DNA of 64,000 nucleotides from Amphiscolops sp. MND2022 (Eukaryota): NCBI GenBank assembly GCA_964187785.1, contig OZ076413.1, positions 68,262,001 to 68,326,000 of the forward strand, read 5' to 3'. Shown piece by piece: positions 36,701 to 49,800 of this stretch (position 1 is its first letter; each line of letters starts with the position of its first letter). The notes under the pieces were generated by a model. It saw only the letters and a program-made list of their open reading frames with translations, ran no database searches and was not told where the DNA came from. The position numbers and the translations under genes were made by a program.

Positions 36701-37821
36701 TCAGAGAAACTGCTGAAGACTTGAGTGTTTCTCTGAAGAAACTATTCAAAAGTGTTGAACAACTACGAAGATTATCTAGTGCCTGGAAAGATGCCAGTAA
36801 CGTAGCTGTTTACAAAAAGGTAAACAACGACTACAGAATTAGAGACAAGTGTCACTTCTAAATATTGACAGCAATGCTTTTGAAAAGTGCTTGAATGATA
36901 CTCTTTATCAATAATTCTTTTTTTCTCCAACACCCAGCACCGATTCGTCCGTGGAAGATCTATTCAAACGAGTATGCTGAATATTCGGAAAAACGACAAG
37001 CACTCCGGATAAAAACTTTAGTGATCCAGTGGTTCACCAGTCATCAGCCCTTTAAAATTGTTCGGTAACTACCAGAGCAACAAGTTCAGATCTATCATGA
37101 AATATGAATTCGAACGTCAGCTCTGACAGCTAAATAACAAACACCAGGGTGTCACTATGAATACATCAAGGACGAAAATTATGGCATCTGTCCACTCAGC
37201 TAATACGGTTATCCTCTGGTAATAATAGGGGTATCCACTGGCACTAACTTTGCAAAGTTCAAGCGGCTTACATATTCTGGAAGATATTCTTTATTTTAGG
37301 TTACGACAGGCTCCTAATTCCACAGAATACTTTCACAACTGACACAGCTGTTTTGTTACATCAATGCCCAGTGGATTTAGATTTGTCTGTGTGCCTCAAA
37401 GGCAAACATAAAACAAAAGACCGCGATCGTAGATAGTCGACACTAGATCACTCTTCCCACTGCAGCCTTCTTGAAAACCCGGTATTATGGTACGAGTGCC
37501 GTGTAATGCGCATCATGGAAATAATGGCGCCATCAAGTCTGTACCGATTTGAGTGAAGAAAACATGGAGGCTGTAGACGGCCTAACCTCCTCTCGGGTGC
37601 GCGACGAAGATTTTGAAAATCAATGGATTAATATCCATCAACGAAAAACTTGACACGATCATTCTTACTCAGGAGTAGCACCAAACACGACTCCTGGCAA
37701 TAACACCAGAGTCGAGCAAGCACTTAACTTCTATTTACCCGCAACTTCTATTACCTGTGGAAGCATCTGGACATTGTCGAAAGAACTTACAGAAGTCATC
37801 TCTGAAATCAACAAAATTGCG
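33772..37821. repeat. Near-identical 2,027-bp tandem duplication (33772-35794 / TCAA / 35799-37821)
   Basis: Constant 2,027 offset (e.g. ORFs at 34215 and 36242). About 8 substitutions and no indels seen by eye. Confidence 0.97.
33786..34666 (+). mobile_element. Solo LTR (881 bp, TG...CA) containing a Gag-N-terminus-like frame; second copy at 35813-36693
   Basis: Starts TGTAACG and ends TATCACA. Decayed frame MRNKRNRRS...IEQQLNSKFEEILKEIR...EANYH ends at the LTR edge. LINE RT sequence resumes immediately after it. No matching TSD. Confidence 0.6.
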
Positions 37822-39560
37822 CGAGGAGTTGTCCCCAGATAGCTCTCAGAAAAATGCTTTCGAAAAAAAGTAGCATCATATACAGCGACAGCACTAAACC
37901 TGTGTTACCGAAACCTGGCGTTAGACAACAACTCATACATAAAAGAGACGTGAATTCAGGGTTGGTTTTTGAAACCAGCAGTACCAAATTTTGAAAAGTG
38001 TAAGCAAACGCAACTTGTCGAATTGATACCCCAATAAAAACTCCTATACTCCTTCCGAATATAAAAGGATAAATACAACTCGGAATTGACACTATAGAGG
38101 AAGTAATAGCAATAGACGCTAATGAAGAGACACCGTTAAATTTTATTTGACCGGAAAAACGGACCTTGAATTAGTTATCCACAACGCCTAACGCCTCTTT
38201 CTGAACAATCAATTCTTCAGAGCCTATGGATTCAATCAAGAAGAAACAATACCCATTATTTGCTGTTACCACTGTCAACCCTTTGGTCACAACCTTACGA
38301 AATGTGACGCTCAGGTGCAACTAGCGATTGTGAAGAAGATGACGTGCAAGGTGTTTTGAACTCCAGCAAAGTCACAAATTGAACGACACAAAACGAGAAG
38401 CGTACATTTATATTCAAGTTGTACCAGCGAAAAAAGGTGCCATACATAACTTTCTACTAGACAAACTTGACTTGCTAACGTACAACAGCAACGTGTGATG
38501 AAAACGAACGTGCCCTACTTCAGATGAACATCGGCTGCCAAACAAACACCGATGAGTATAAACTTCATAAGGAGAAGGCCAACTTTCATTGCACTCAACA
38601 AATGTAAAGCGCATTTACAACGACATTATTAAAGCGTTTACACTTTTCCTCAACATTAAATAGCAAACAGTGGAGACTTTTTCTATGTTTATCAGTGTCA
38701 GTTGTTGCAAACTAAACTGCTTCATAAAACTTAGTAAAAGTTGACTCTGTGTGGTGTCTTGTGCACTACGAAATTTTAGTCATCCTACTGGCAACTCCTT
38801 ATCTTGCACTCTTTGCAGAAGAATACTTCAGAGACTCCATCATAAGCTTTAATGAAGCTAATTTTTGGAGAATGGAACGCAATTGTGCGGAAAAGAAACT
38901 GACTGCCATAGGTTTTGCTAGCAAGTCAAATGACGGAACTATCTTGCGGCGACACCCGCAACAGCACAAGCGTTGATATCCTAAATGTGTTTTTTGGGAG
39001 ATAGCGATTCTCTCATCTTGAACAACACTGAGCCAACTTTTCATAGAGTGAATGGAACGTCTATCATTGATATCACAATCATAACGAACCAGCTTACAAA
39101 TCTCAGATATGTACAATACCCTGATATACGTAGTGGACTACTCACTGGCTACATCAAAAGAGGGCATATTTCTCTCTTCAGCATTTTAAGCATCCCAAGT
39201 TATCACCAAGGGCCAAGCGCAAGCCATACAATCTGGATAACATAATCTGAAAAGAACCGAAAACTACCTTAGAACACAAACTGCTGAGACCTATGATGGT
39301 ATCCATACTGCATTGATGAAAATCAGAAACGGTCTTGAAGAAACCAACGAATTACACATCCCCATGAAGTTTGTCAAAAGACACAGCAAACCCCTTTGGA
39401 ACGATAGCCTGACAGCATTGAGCCATGATTTACGGAACTTGAGAACATTGATTGGCTCGTCTGCCAAGTGCTGCTCGGATTATTGCTCGTCTATTTTTAG
39501 CCCATTGCCAATATTTGCAATTCGTACCTGGAGTGACTCGCATCAAGGATGTTGGTTCGA
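37500..39560 (+). mobile_element. Decayed 5' part of a second LINE (ORF1-like region plus APE endonuclease)
   Basis: ORF at 38985 reads DSLILNNTEPTFHRVNGTSIIDITII (LN..PTF...G.S.ID motif). Downstream KRHSKPLWNDSLT resembles a LINE linker. Confidence 0.5.
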
Positions 39561-40023
39561 TTGTACCAAAGTCGCAATTGTATGAGCGTAATCTTACAAG
39601 GACGGTCTAGACTGCGTAGATTGCTATGGCTGAACACTCAGCACTTTGTTGGAAGAAAGCAGTTTCAGAGAATGTTGTTTTTCTCAGCCGAGTTCTGCTC
39701 TTTCTTAGGTGTCCTAATTAAACGAAAAAACAGTTATAGTTTTGGTGAATCGAGTTTTTTTCGTTCGGAACAGAGCTATTGTGATAACTTTCACAAGAAA
39801 AATAAACCTTCAACACTGTTTATATAAGCCGTTGCTTCTCGAGAAACTTTTTTGAACTTATAAACTGCCTATTTTGTGATACAAAATATAAAACATGATT
39901 TTTAGTATATCGTTGGCTCAGTTCACGGGCCTATATGCTATCAATTTTTACTTTAAGCTCGATATTCCAAGAGAGGATCCCACTATGTTTTGAGCTTTGA
40001 TGACGTTTTTCTGAATACTATTT

Positions 40024-40580
40024 CTTAGTTGGCGCTTTTGAAGAGAAGTGCCCGACTCTTACAGTGGGTAGTTTTTCTATATACGCGTAAGGTCCACTTT
40101 TTTGTTTATTTGTTCAACTTGAACTACGGATGTCCAAAACATACTGGAAACGTCAGAAAGTCGTCCAAAACGAAAGCGACGTCCAGAAAATCGGAAACAA
40201 ACTGAGGATCCCGACTTTGATTATCTTGGTGTTTTTAACTTATTAGATTTTTTTCGGCACCATGGTACTTTTTTTCAAAATTAATTCTATTGCACCAAAG
40301 GGTCCGCCTTCAATTTTTTAATATTTTGCAACAAAATGGATGTTAAAAAATCCCAAAAGATCCGTTTTACATTTTCCGGCACTGTGACTCTGTTCATAAT
40401 TCCAATTTATTTTTTTTCAAAAAATTTTTAACGTCTCCAAAGGGTCCTCTTCAGTTTTTCATATCTTTCAACAATCTGGAGTTTCAAAACGCCCAGAGGG
40501 TCCCCCTTTTACTATTTTGAAAACTTTGCGCCTTTTGAGCCTTATACATAGCGCCAACTTTGACCGTTCCCGGCTTGTTT
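40024..40580 (+). mobile_element. Helentron-like non-autonomous element (HINE/DINE-1 architecture)
   Basis: 5' TTAGTTGGCGCTTTT...AAGTGCCCGACT hairpin. 3' subterminal inverted copy AGCGCCAACT followed by TTGACCGTTCCCGGCTTGTT. Confidence 0.6.
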
Positions 40581-41980
40581 GAGTAAACTGCGAGAGATTG
40601 ACGATCGGACTTTGATTTTGTTGAAAAAAGTAGCCATGCTGTTCAAACCGCTAACGAATCTTCGAGACCAAAATCCGTTGTTCCAGCGAATCAAATTCCA
40701 CCACTCAAATCTCCGTGATCATGAGCTTCGTTTTTGGTTGAACTCAGTTATTTGAGGCCGCATACTGTGTGGTTACATTGTATTATTCTTCCCGAGTTGC
40801 TTCGTACCACTTCAGTGCCACGGGCTGACTCAGTGGAAGTTGCTCCAGGTGAAACCTACTGACACACAAGATGAGACAATCAATTTCGTTCGATAGTTTT
40901 GAAGTCTACAAAATTGAATGTCCAACTTTCTGAATGCATCGGAAAAAAAGTTCCTAGAAAATCGAAAAAATTTTCATCAAAGGTGTGAATGAATCAAGAC
41001 ATCAGAACCTTTCGTATAATTTCGAGTTTTCGAAAATAATCGAGGTTTTTTGCGATACCTTTGATCAAGTATTCCTCGAAAGTTGAATTGAATGAAGTCT
41101 ATTTGAAAAAGAGTTCAGTATTACAAATTCGAGAAATGGTTTTTCAAATAGTCGGAAAGTGACGTTCTTCTGATAATTATTCACAGAGAAACAATATATC
41201 AAAAACTAACCCCACCTAAATCAGTTTAAATAGATCCAAAGAAACGTTAGAAATAAACCAATTTTTTTAAAAAATCGCATTTCGACACTGTCTTCTCCTT
41301 TGTTACAATCTTTCAGATGCTGACTATCATTCCGTGGAAGAATTTCTGGTAATCTAGGATCTTATCCTTTTACATTTAAGTTCAACTGGGTGTTAAAGTC
41401 TCACAATCATCCATTTGAAACCGATCTTCGACCACTTATTCCAATGATGTCTAAATTAAGCGATCTGTGAGTGTACGATGTCTGAAATAAACTTTCAGAT
41501 GATGCCTAAAAATCTTTTGAATAGAAAGTACCAGCCGTTGTTTTGGATATCTTTCACTATGTCACCCCCTTTTGACTCGCTACACGATGTACCCTCTAGA
41601 GAAAAAATGTTATTGGCTCATTTCAAATATCTTTTGTTCGGAAATCTCTTATGCTATTCTGTCAATCAATCGATATCTTCATATAAATAGATTTTCTATT
41701 GGCTCTTATTAAAATCCTAACTCAGCCAATCAGAAGCGTTGATAAATAGGACTTGCGCTATTAGACTTAGACTATTTAAAAGTTTTTCACATTGTTTATC
41801 ACATTTTGCTAGAAAGTGCAAAAGATCCTTTTTTTTCGTTTCAAAAAAAATACTTCACCTCGAAAACATTCGATTGAATAACAAACTAAAATCCGAAATT
41901 GCAATTGTTCTGACTTAGTTTCTGCAATCTTTCGTTGTTACACAACTTTAAAGTTTTCTGTTTGTTTTGGATACAAGGAC

Positions 41981-42432
41981 AACAATACGGGAACGTCTAA
42001 AGTCGGCGCTATATCTAAGGCTCAAAAAGCGCAAAAAGACTTTCTGAAAATGTCGCATAGTGCCGAAAAATGTAAACGGGGGACCCTTTGGGCTTTATTA
42101 ACATATATTCTGTTGCAAAATATCAAAAAACTCGAAAGGGTTACTCTTTTGAGACATTAAAACATTTTCGAAAAAAAGTCGCACAATGCCGAAAAAAATC
42201 GAAAGGGGGGACCTAGTCGCGTCCGGTTTTGCAGGTTACGTTAAAATAGTAAAAAATGAAAGGGGGGACCCTTTTGCACTAATTTTCGCTGACCGGACTT
42301 GGCCTTATGGTAGTAGTTTTAGTAGTTTCGATTGTAAGAAAAGTGGCCCAGTCAGAGTGAGATTGTAGTTTGACGAATAAACTAGCCACTGTAAGTGTCG
42401 GGCACTTTTCCCTAGAAAAGCGCCGACTAAAA
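41981..42432 (-). mobile_element. Helentron-like non-autonomous element
   Basis: Minus strand reads TTTTAGTCGGCGCTTTTCTAGGGAAAAGTGCCCGAC...TAGCGCCGACTTTAGACGTTCCCGTATTGTT. Confidence 0.65.
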
Positions 42433-42705
42433 ATACCACGTCAATTCGAATTTACTAGGTGAACCAAAAAACGGAACGCATTAAAATTTTTTGGATATAA
42501 CATTCTCATTCAAAGTTTGGATGTAACTTTTTCTTTAAATTTTGGATATAACGAAGTTCGGATATAACCGAAAGTTCGGATATAACGCTTTCAAAGTTCG
42601 AATGTAACGTTTTCCTGACACTTTGAAGTCCTTTTGTTATTTTTGAGCCTTAAACATGGCGCCGACTTGGACCGTTCCCGGCTTGTTTTAAGTTCAACTG
42701 CGTTC

Positions 42706-43353
42706 CACTAGGTGAACTAAAAAATGGAACGCACAAAACGTGGCGGCCTCTTCAAAATTATTTTATTTGTAAACAAGACACTGAATTTGTTTCAATGTTT
42801 CTGTCAATCGTTTAAAATGAAGCTCTTGTAACTTAATAAGGTTATCAGGTTTTCATTAAGGGCAACCAGAAAGACATCTTTACAAGTCATTTCGTTCTCA
42901 CTTTCAATGTTTGAAAACTCTTTCGCTCCGAAGAAAAGATACTGAATCATTGTTGACAGCAGCCTTCGGAATTACTTTCAAACGTTTGTTGACAAAAATT
43001 TAATATTTTGCGAGTTTTTTGTGGAACGCACAAAAAAATCGAGTTCTCAAAATGCCAAATATTTGTCTACAAATTCTTCAAAACAACTCTGAAAAATTCA
43101 TTTCAGCTTGTCAATCATTCAAATTGACAAACGTTCTTCGAAGCGATAGAGCTTTGACGCATAGGAAAAGACTAGTATGGACGTTTAAAACTTCACTGAG
43201 CGATCGAATCATTCTTGGTTAAAGATTGGATTACGTAATGAGAGATCCGATTCGAATGATAGACTGAAAACTTTTTAGAGTCTTGTTTACAAATATTACT
43301 GTTTTGAAGAGTGAATTTTTTGTACGTCCCGTTTTTTTTTGGTTCACCTAGTA
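42706..43353. mobile_element. TIR-bounded MITE with (C/T)ACTAGGTGAAC ends, CACTA-like
   Basis: CACTAGGTGAACTAAAAAATGGAACG ... CGTCCCGTTTTTTTTTGGTTCACCTAGTA. A truncated relative starts at 42453. Confidence 0.6.
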
Positions 43354-43472
43354 CAACCACAAGGCAGGTACCGCAACAGGTAATCGGAACAATACCTCGA
43401 AACTTTTATCGGCCAGCATCGTTCAGAACATCATTTTGTGTTGGAACTTAGTAGTAAATAAACGCTGTAAAA

Positions 43473-43994
43473 ATGCAAAGTTTCACAATCTTAGCTGTCG
43501 CTCTGTTTTCCCTGTTTTGCCATGGACAACGGTTCCCTATCCCTGGGGCGAGGGACGTTCAACAACCGTGTGTGGATCTCAGCAACAACTGTGTAACCTG
43601 GGCCGAATCCTATTGCAACCCTGGAAGCCTCTATTATGACTACATGAAAAAGAACTGTCGAAAAAGCTGCGGTCTTTGCACTCCTGGAAACAGTCGTATC
43701 AGTCCTATCGAACCAATTCGTCAAGATTGTTCACGTGTGATGTGCGATATACCTATTTGTAATCGGGGTCATATCCCAATTACTAAAGAAGGAGACTGCT
43801 GCCCTTCTTGTGTTCCCATTTCCAGCCGCCCATCGGTGCCTATTGACCCAGTGCCCGTGCATCAAGATTGTTCACGTGTGAGGTGTATGATGATTACCTG
43901 TACCAGGGACCAGATCCGAACTCAAGGCGAAGGAGACTGCTGCCCTAAATGTATTCCCATTCCCAGCAAGGGCTGCAAGCCAGTTTACAGACAG
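43473..43994 (+). CDS. Exon 1 of a secreted Cys-rich protein: signal peptide, ShKT domain, two VWC/antistasin-like Cys-rich repeats
   Basis: MQSFTILAVALFSLFCHG (signal peptide-like); CVDLSNNCVTWAESYC...YMKKNCRKSCGLC (6-Cys ShKT); QDCSRVMC...C...EGDCCPSC and QDCSRVRC...C...EGDCCPKC. Phase-0 donor CAG/GTACTT at 43995. Confidence 0.85.
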
Positions 43995-44349
43995 GTACTT
44001 CTAAGTTTCAGTCAGAATCAGACACTTCAGAGCAAAAGGGGACATTCACTGCTTGCTTCTTTGACGTTTGTCGATTTTTGGAAAGTGCTAAGCAAGTGAG
44101 ACCTTATGATTTGAAGTGAGAAAATGAAGCTTGAAAGCCGGGTTTTCCGTTCAATGTTTAGGCTCATTAAGTTCTCCCGGTCTTCAAAACGTAAAGGTTC
44201 TCGACTTGAAAGTGCGTCATTTTGATGGTAACCAAACTTAGGCATCAGGGCCAGCCTGAATTCTACTTTGAACTGAACTAACTTTATTTCCGATTTTGCG
44301 CTTCCGCTTCTATGACACGGTCGCTAAACTAATTGAACTTTAACCAATC

Positions 44350-44664
44350 CACTAGGTGAACCAAAAACCACACAGAACAGACTTCAAAATGTTTTTGAAC
44401 AATGTGTTTCATTCACTTTCAGTCCATCCTCTCATTACGTAATCAAATCTTGAAATATGATCCGAACATTCAGAAGAAGTCTAGACGTATTTACCAGTCA
44501 TTTCGTTCACACTTTTGATGTGTGAAAGTTTCTCAGCTTCGAAGAAAAGTTGTCAAAGTGAATGACAAGCTGAATTGCAATGTTCAGTGTTATGAAACAT
44601 TGACAAATATTTGAAACTTCGAACTTTCATACATTCGATTCGGTTTCTTATGGTTCACCTAGTA
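44350..44664. mobile_element. TIR-bounded MITE (same end family as 42706-43353) inside the intron of the ShKT-CTCK gene
   Basis: CACTAGGTGAACCA ... TGGTTCACCTAGTA. Confidence 0.6.
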
Positions 44665-44690
44665 GAAGCAAGACTTGAAAATTATTTCAG

Positions 44691-45098
44691 GTGCATCTGA
44701 CGGGAGCCAACTACCAGGGATACCAATGTGACACGGTAGCACCATTGTTGGCCTCTTCGTGCTACGGGGTGTGTTCCAGTTCTTCGGTGTTGCTCTTCTC
44801 TGGCAAGGAGTACAACAAATGCCAGTGTTGCAAGTCTGACCATACAAGAACCACCTCGGCTCTGCTCACCTGTAGAAAGCCTCACTCCCACCAGACCACT
44901 CAGCTGCTGTTCGAATATGAAATCATCCTCTCATGTTCCTGTCAGGATCAGAAATGTCCTCCTTGGGGTGGCCCTACTGACTTTGCCGCGGTTCCCGGAA
45001 CGATTCCTGGATCCTCACAATCCACCGATTCCGACAAAGCCGCCATGAATGCATTCAACGATATGTTTGATAGAATTGATAATTATGAGCGCGCTTAA
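44691..45098 (+). CDS. Exon 2: C-terminal cystine-knot (CTCK/DAN-like) domain; full protein 309 aa
   Basis: Acceptor TTTCAG/GTG at 44690, phase 0. C...C...SCYGVCSS...CQCCK...LTC...IILSCSC matches the cystine-knot CxGxC...CC...CxC pattern. No stops or frameshifts. Confidence 0.85.
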   Translation: MHLTGANYQGYQCDTVAPLLASSCYGVCSSSSVLLFSGKEYNKCQCCKSDHTRTTSALLTCRKPHSHQTTQLLFEYEIILSCSCQDQKCPPWGGPTDFAAVPGTIPGSSQSTDSDKAAMNAFNDMFDRIDNYERA

Positions 45099-46063
45099 TG
45101 AAAGCTGATAATTTACTTTCAATTTTTAAAATTTTCTACATAGGTTTGATATCACTTTCCCAGGTATTCCGTAGAAGTTTTTAGTAATCTCAATGCTGGA
45201 GTTTCTTAAACTTAACCATAAATAGCTACAGTTTAGAATATCGCAGTGCCAATGTGCAACTTCGACTTTTAAAAAAACGTCATTAAATCGCGGGAGCCTA
45301 TTCCATTCGTCACAATTTGAATGCTCTAGAAATGGTTGTTTTTAACTCATCTGATTTGTCAGCGAAAACAACCTTAGCACTCGTTGAAAAAACAGAACTC
45401 ACCTTCGAAAATCTTACGGGTAGAACAGCGAATGCTGTAATTTCAAGGCATTACTTATCCAGAATCAATTGTCCATTCATTCATCCAGAATCCAGAAAGT
45501 TTTTTCTGCGGTTTCAACGCTGGAAACGCGCAAAGTTGAGAGTCTCAATTGTCACAAATTAAGCATCTTCGATCTTTTCAATTTGGCCGCTTGAAGTTTT
45601 CGTTTGCCTAGAATCAATTTTATAGAATCAGCTGTCACTATATCTCACCCCTGACTAATTAAACTATGAAAAACCGGACTTTTGCAATTCTCAGATTCAT
45701 TTATATCTTAATTTGTTTTATAAATAAAGCCTTCCCTTCACAGTGCATGAACTTTTTATGTTTTTATAGGTCGTCTGACACTTTTACCAAGTTTTTGAGA
45801 TGTTTTCATGCTCGAAAATTTTATGTTGAAAAAGCAACCTTGACAAATCGATCGAACAAATTTTTCTCCAAAAGCAAGTTTTGCTTATTTTTTGCTTACT
45901 TTTGCTTTCTCCACGTTAGTTATATCTCTTCATTATTCATACCTACTGCTCAAGTTCAGCGCATGGAAAGCCGTGGGTCAAAAATCCTGAAGTAAGCTGA
46001 TTTTTTTCGTATACTCTAAGTCTAAAACACGAAAACTTATTTGACATTCAGAAAAAAAATCTT

Positions 46064-46819
46064 TTTCATTTTCATAAATCTCTTCATTTATTTAGAAAGA
46101 TTCAGTTTCAGATCTTAATTTATAAAAGCTCACTTTTTGTACGCTAAACTATGTGAAAAAAGGTGGAAAAAATTTGTAAAGTTTTTGCTTCTAAAATTTG
46201 AAAAAAATGCGAGTACGCAGACAAAAACTCACCTCAGCAAACATTGACAAATGGAGAAACTTAGGTTAAATTTGTCGTCTTTTTACTTTGTGCTTAATTA
46301 AAAGCCCGTTTGAATGCTTCGATAGTTGGTAACCACGAGAATGCCAGTTGGTCACCATTTATGCCAGTATTCTATTTCAATTCAATTGACACTGAGAGAC
46401 GTTTTGAAACGGTACTTCGATATTCTTGCAAGACGGAGCTCTTCTTGAGCCTTTAAAAATCATGCAAACGTCATGTCGGCTGTCACGTCACAATCTCGAG
46501 TAAAAATGTTAACTCTTGAAAGTCATTACATGGTTTTTGGATCGTACTCAAAAACGTTCCGGAAGCATTCAAACTGGCTTTTCAATAAGCACAATCTAAA
46601 AAGACGACAAATATAAACTCAGTTTCTCCATTTTTCAAAAATTGTTTTACTATGTTTGCTGAGATGAGAAAGTTTTTGTCCGTACCCGCATTTTTGAAAG
46701 AAAAACTTGACAAATAATTGTTCCATCTTTTTTAGCGTACAAAAAACGAACTTTTATAGATGAAGATCTGAAACTAAATCTTTCTAAATAAATGATAACA
46801 TTATGGAAAATGAAAAAAT
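46064..46819. mobile_element. Foldback-like element with ~265-bp imperfect inverted arms and a ~220-bp spacer
   Basis: CATTTATTTAGAAAGATTCAGTTTCAGATCTT (~46088) versus AAGATCTGAAACTAAATCTTTCTAAATAAATG (~46763). Further inverted matches such as TTTGTCGTCTTTTTA/TAAAAAGACGACAAA and TTTGAATGCTTC/GAAGCATTCAAA. Confidence 0.8.
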
Positions 46820-49800
46820 ACTAACTATAAAACTTTCCAATCCTAATACTTCAATCAGGATGTTTTTCCTGACGTTTTATTTTTTTTCGTTCTGAACCTT
46901 TGTTGGAGCTGCTTGAACATTTTCTATGTGTGTGTATTTTGCCAAGCACATTTTATATTCTTTTAGAAGCCTTTCACGGCATTATTAGAAACAGCCTGTG
47001 AAAATCGGATGGATTTAAATAAACGTGTAATAATGCCCTCTCGTCACATTTGATTTTTAAATTGAAAAAGAAAAGTAAAAGTTTGAAGGGACCAAAGACG
47101 TGTATTCCCAGAAATAGGAAAGGCCATTTGGCGAAAAATAAAACAAGATGCAGTAAGATGCTGACTGCAACAGTGAAATTAGGTGCAAAGTCCTCAAAAT
47201 GGAATAATTTTGTCAATGAAAACAAACCAGAACAAAAATCATCAATTTTTCAATTCCGCAAACCAAACAAAGGGGTACAACGGCGACTCGGAAACGGCAT
47301 TTCCTCTAACTGGAAGCATCAAAAAAACTATTTCATGAAAACCTTTCACTAAAAGTCGCATAAAGCCAAAAAAAAACAACGAACCCTTTAGGCCCATGTA
47401 AGGACTACGGTCGTCTGTGTCTCTTAAATTACACGCGGACCGTGAGTCCTTTTTTGTAATTTTAGATATAAACCCGTTAGTTCCTTCTGTATTATCCTGA
47501 TTATTTGGTGACGAACCGGCGTCAGTGTCCCTCCGTCCTGAAGACAGCGTACCCATAATATTTTGTATCTCGGGGACCATTTTATCATTGATGGCAGAAT
47601 TGATCGCTCTAGTTATCTGGACTTGTAGGAAGTTCATAAGTGAATCCGTCACTTGGGATAACCTGAGATTCAATTCCTCTGATAACAGTTCCATAGACTC
47701 TAAGTGTCTATTTGACCTAGTGGTCTCAATTCTACAGCCAATGTTTCTATTCTCAATTTGCTGTGAAGGAATTTTGTAAGTAAGAATGGCCTCGGTGTCA
47801 CCTTGGCCGAGAGAATGATTTAATACAATCTCGAATTTCTTTTCTATATAATTTGAATTGATTCCACCAAGCATCATGTCCCTGTCGTTATCAATGGACA
47901 TCGTGTCCATTTTTCTAGAACGTCTAATTCAGTCTTTTGTCTTCTTGTTGAAGAAAGTATTTGTAGGGAAAGAAGTCAATTACTTCTTTTATGGTAAAAT
48001 AAAGTGAGTTTGACAATCGGTCTCATTAATAGAGTTACAAATCAAAATTGTGTCCTCGGGACTAGGAGTCCCGAGTATTTATACTAACATATGCATGACA
48101 TACAAAATATAGGGTATCATCAATCTAATTTTAGAGCAAGTGCTCTAAAAATAGCTACAAAGGACTGCGTGTCCTTACAAACACACAATGACGTAGTTCT
48201 AAATATAGCAGCAACATGACGTAGTCAATATATATCTATATATAGTAACAGCGTCAACAAATATCCACGTGGCCCTGAAGGCCGTCTAAATGGAACATGT
48301 TTAATAACACTACATGTAAAGCATCTTATATTAAACTGCATGTTAAGCATGTGGAAAGGAATGGCAAGTAGACACAAGGGCCGTAACCTATAATAGACGA
48401 CGTAATACTGGCTATTCATGTGAATTAGTTTCCCGACTGAGATAGCTTCAGAGAAGGGGGGAAGGACTGAAAGTCCTGCACAATTTCGATGAATGAATTT
48501 CAACCACGAAAATGTATGTATGTATGTAGCAACAATTTGTTATAGGCCTTAAGAGTCGTACAAAACTATTAATTGCATCTTTGCATAATATATTGCACTT
48601 TCATCTTTAAATTGGACTGGTAGTCCCACTGCCATAACACCGACAATACAAATAACTGCTATACTAGATAGGAGTGTTCAGCAAGCGTACTGCGCTGTAA
48701 TTGGTTAATATTTAAGCGGACTAGCTATCCACTAGCCATAAGTGAGAGGTTTATTTAGGTGGACAGCCGTGAATGGCCTTTAAATGAAAGTTAACAGCAC
48801 TTAAAATCTAAATTGGGACTCAATGTCCAACTGCCGCAAACGTACTGGTTTATTAGTTGACAAGCGGTGAACGGCCATCGCGTCCATTAGTTAAAAGCAC
48901 TAACTCAGAGCACTCATACTAATACTGCAATTTGATTGGTCTACATTCAACCGGACTGGCTGTCCAAGACGACACAAAGGGACATAAAACAAAATAAGAT
49001 CACAGGTGGCAGACTGCGACACTCCCCCTGGCATAAGGAGAAACGTTCCTGCTGACCCCACACTGACACGGTCCATGTGGTCGTCTTCATCGCTTGATAG
49101 ATTACTGTGCCGTCCAACTTTGGTTATTAGGACAATAGGTCTCTCAAATGATGTCCGAAACACATTGCAATCCTTTTATATGCTGTAACGAGAACATTTT
49201 ACATGTATAGAAGCAACAAACTATATGGCCTTCATGTCCACAACATTTTGCAACATCCATAATACTTGTGACATGGTTACATAATAATCTGCATGAGTAC
49301 AAAGGTGGTATTGGTTTATGGCCATCATGTCCTTTAATACAGGTGAATGGATAAAATATCGGGTGGGGACTATTTTACTAATATCAGGGATTGGTGGACT
49401 GTCCTTGGCGTTAATGGCCAAGGAACATCAAGGACTGGTTTCGAAGCATCGATAAGCATTGATTAAAATACATTTCAACTGCTTCATATTAGCTCAGGAA
49501 TTGATAAATTATTAGCATCGCTTCAAAAAAAGGAAAGCCACAATGGCTGCCCGTCCTATTATAACGTCACTAAATACTCCATGGCCAGCGTGGCCTTTAA
49601 TTCTATTTACTGCGTACAATTAATAAGAGCACTGTGAATGGCGGCATGTGATTGGATGATTTAAATTAAGGACCTGTGGTCCGCTACGCCAGGCTGTGTA
49701 CATTGCATGGCCTTAATTGTCCATTTAATTTAATTGAGCACGTACACGTATTTAATCACAGCAACAATAATATTAAATATATAAGCGCTTCTGATTGTTC

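Noticed and set aside
43473-44099. 208-aa single-exon ORF as the full product
   Set aside because: The C-terminal 34 residues are intron read-through. A phase-0 GT-AG splice joins the first knot cysteine to the remaining cystine-knot residues in exon 2.
47242-47910. 222-aa ORF as a host gene
   Set aside because: It is the LTR-borne Gag N-terminus in the 3' LTR reading on into flanking DNA.
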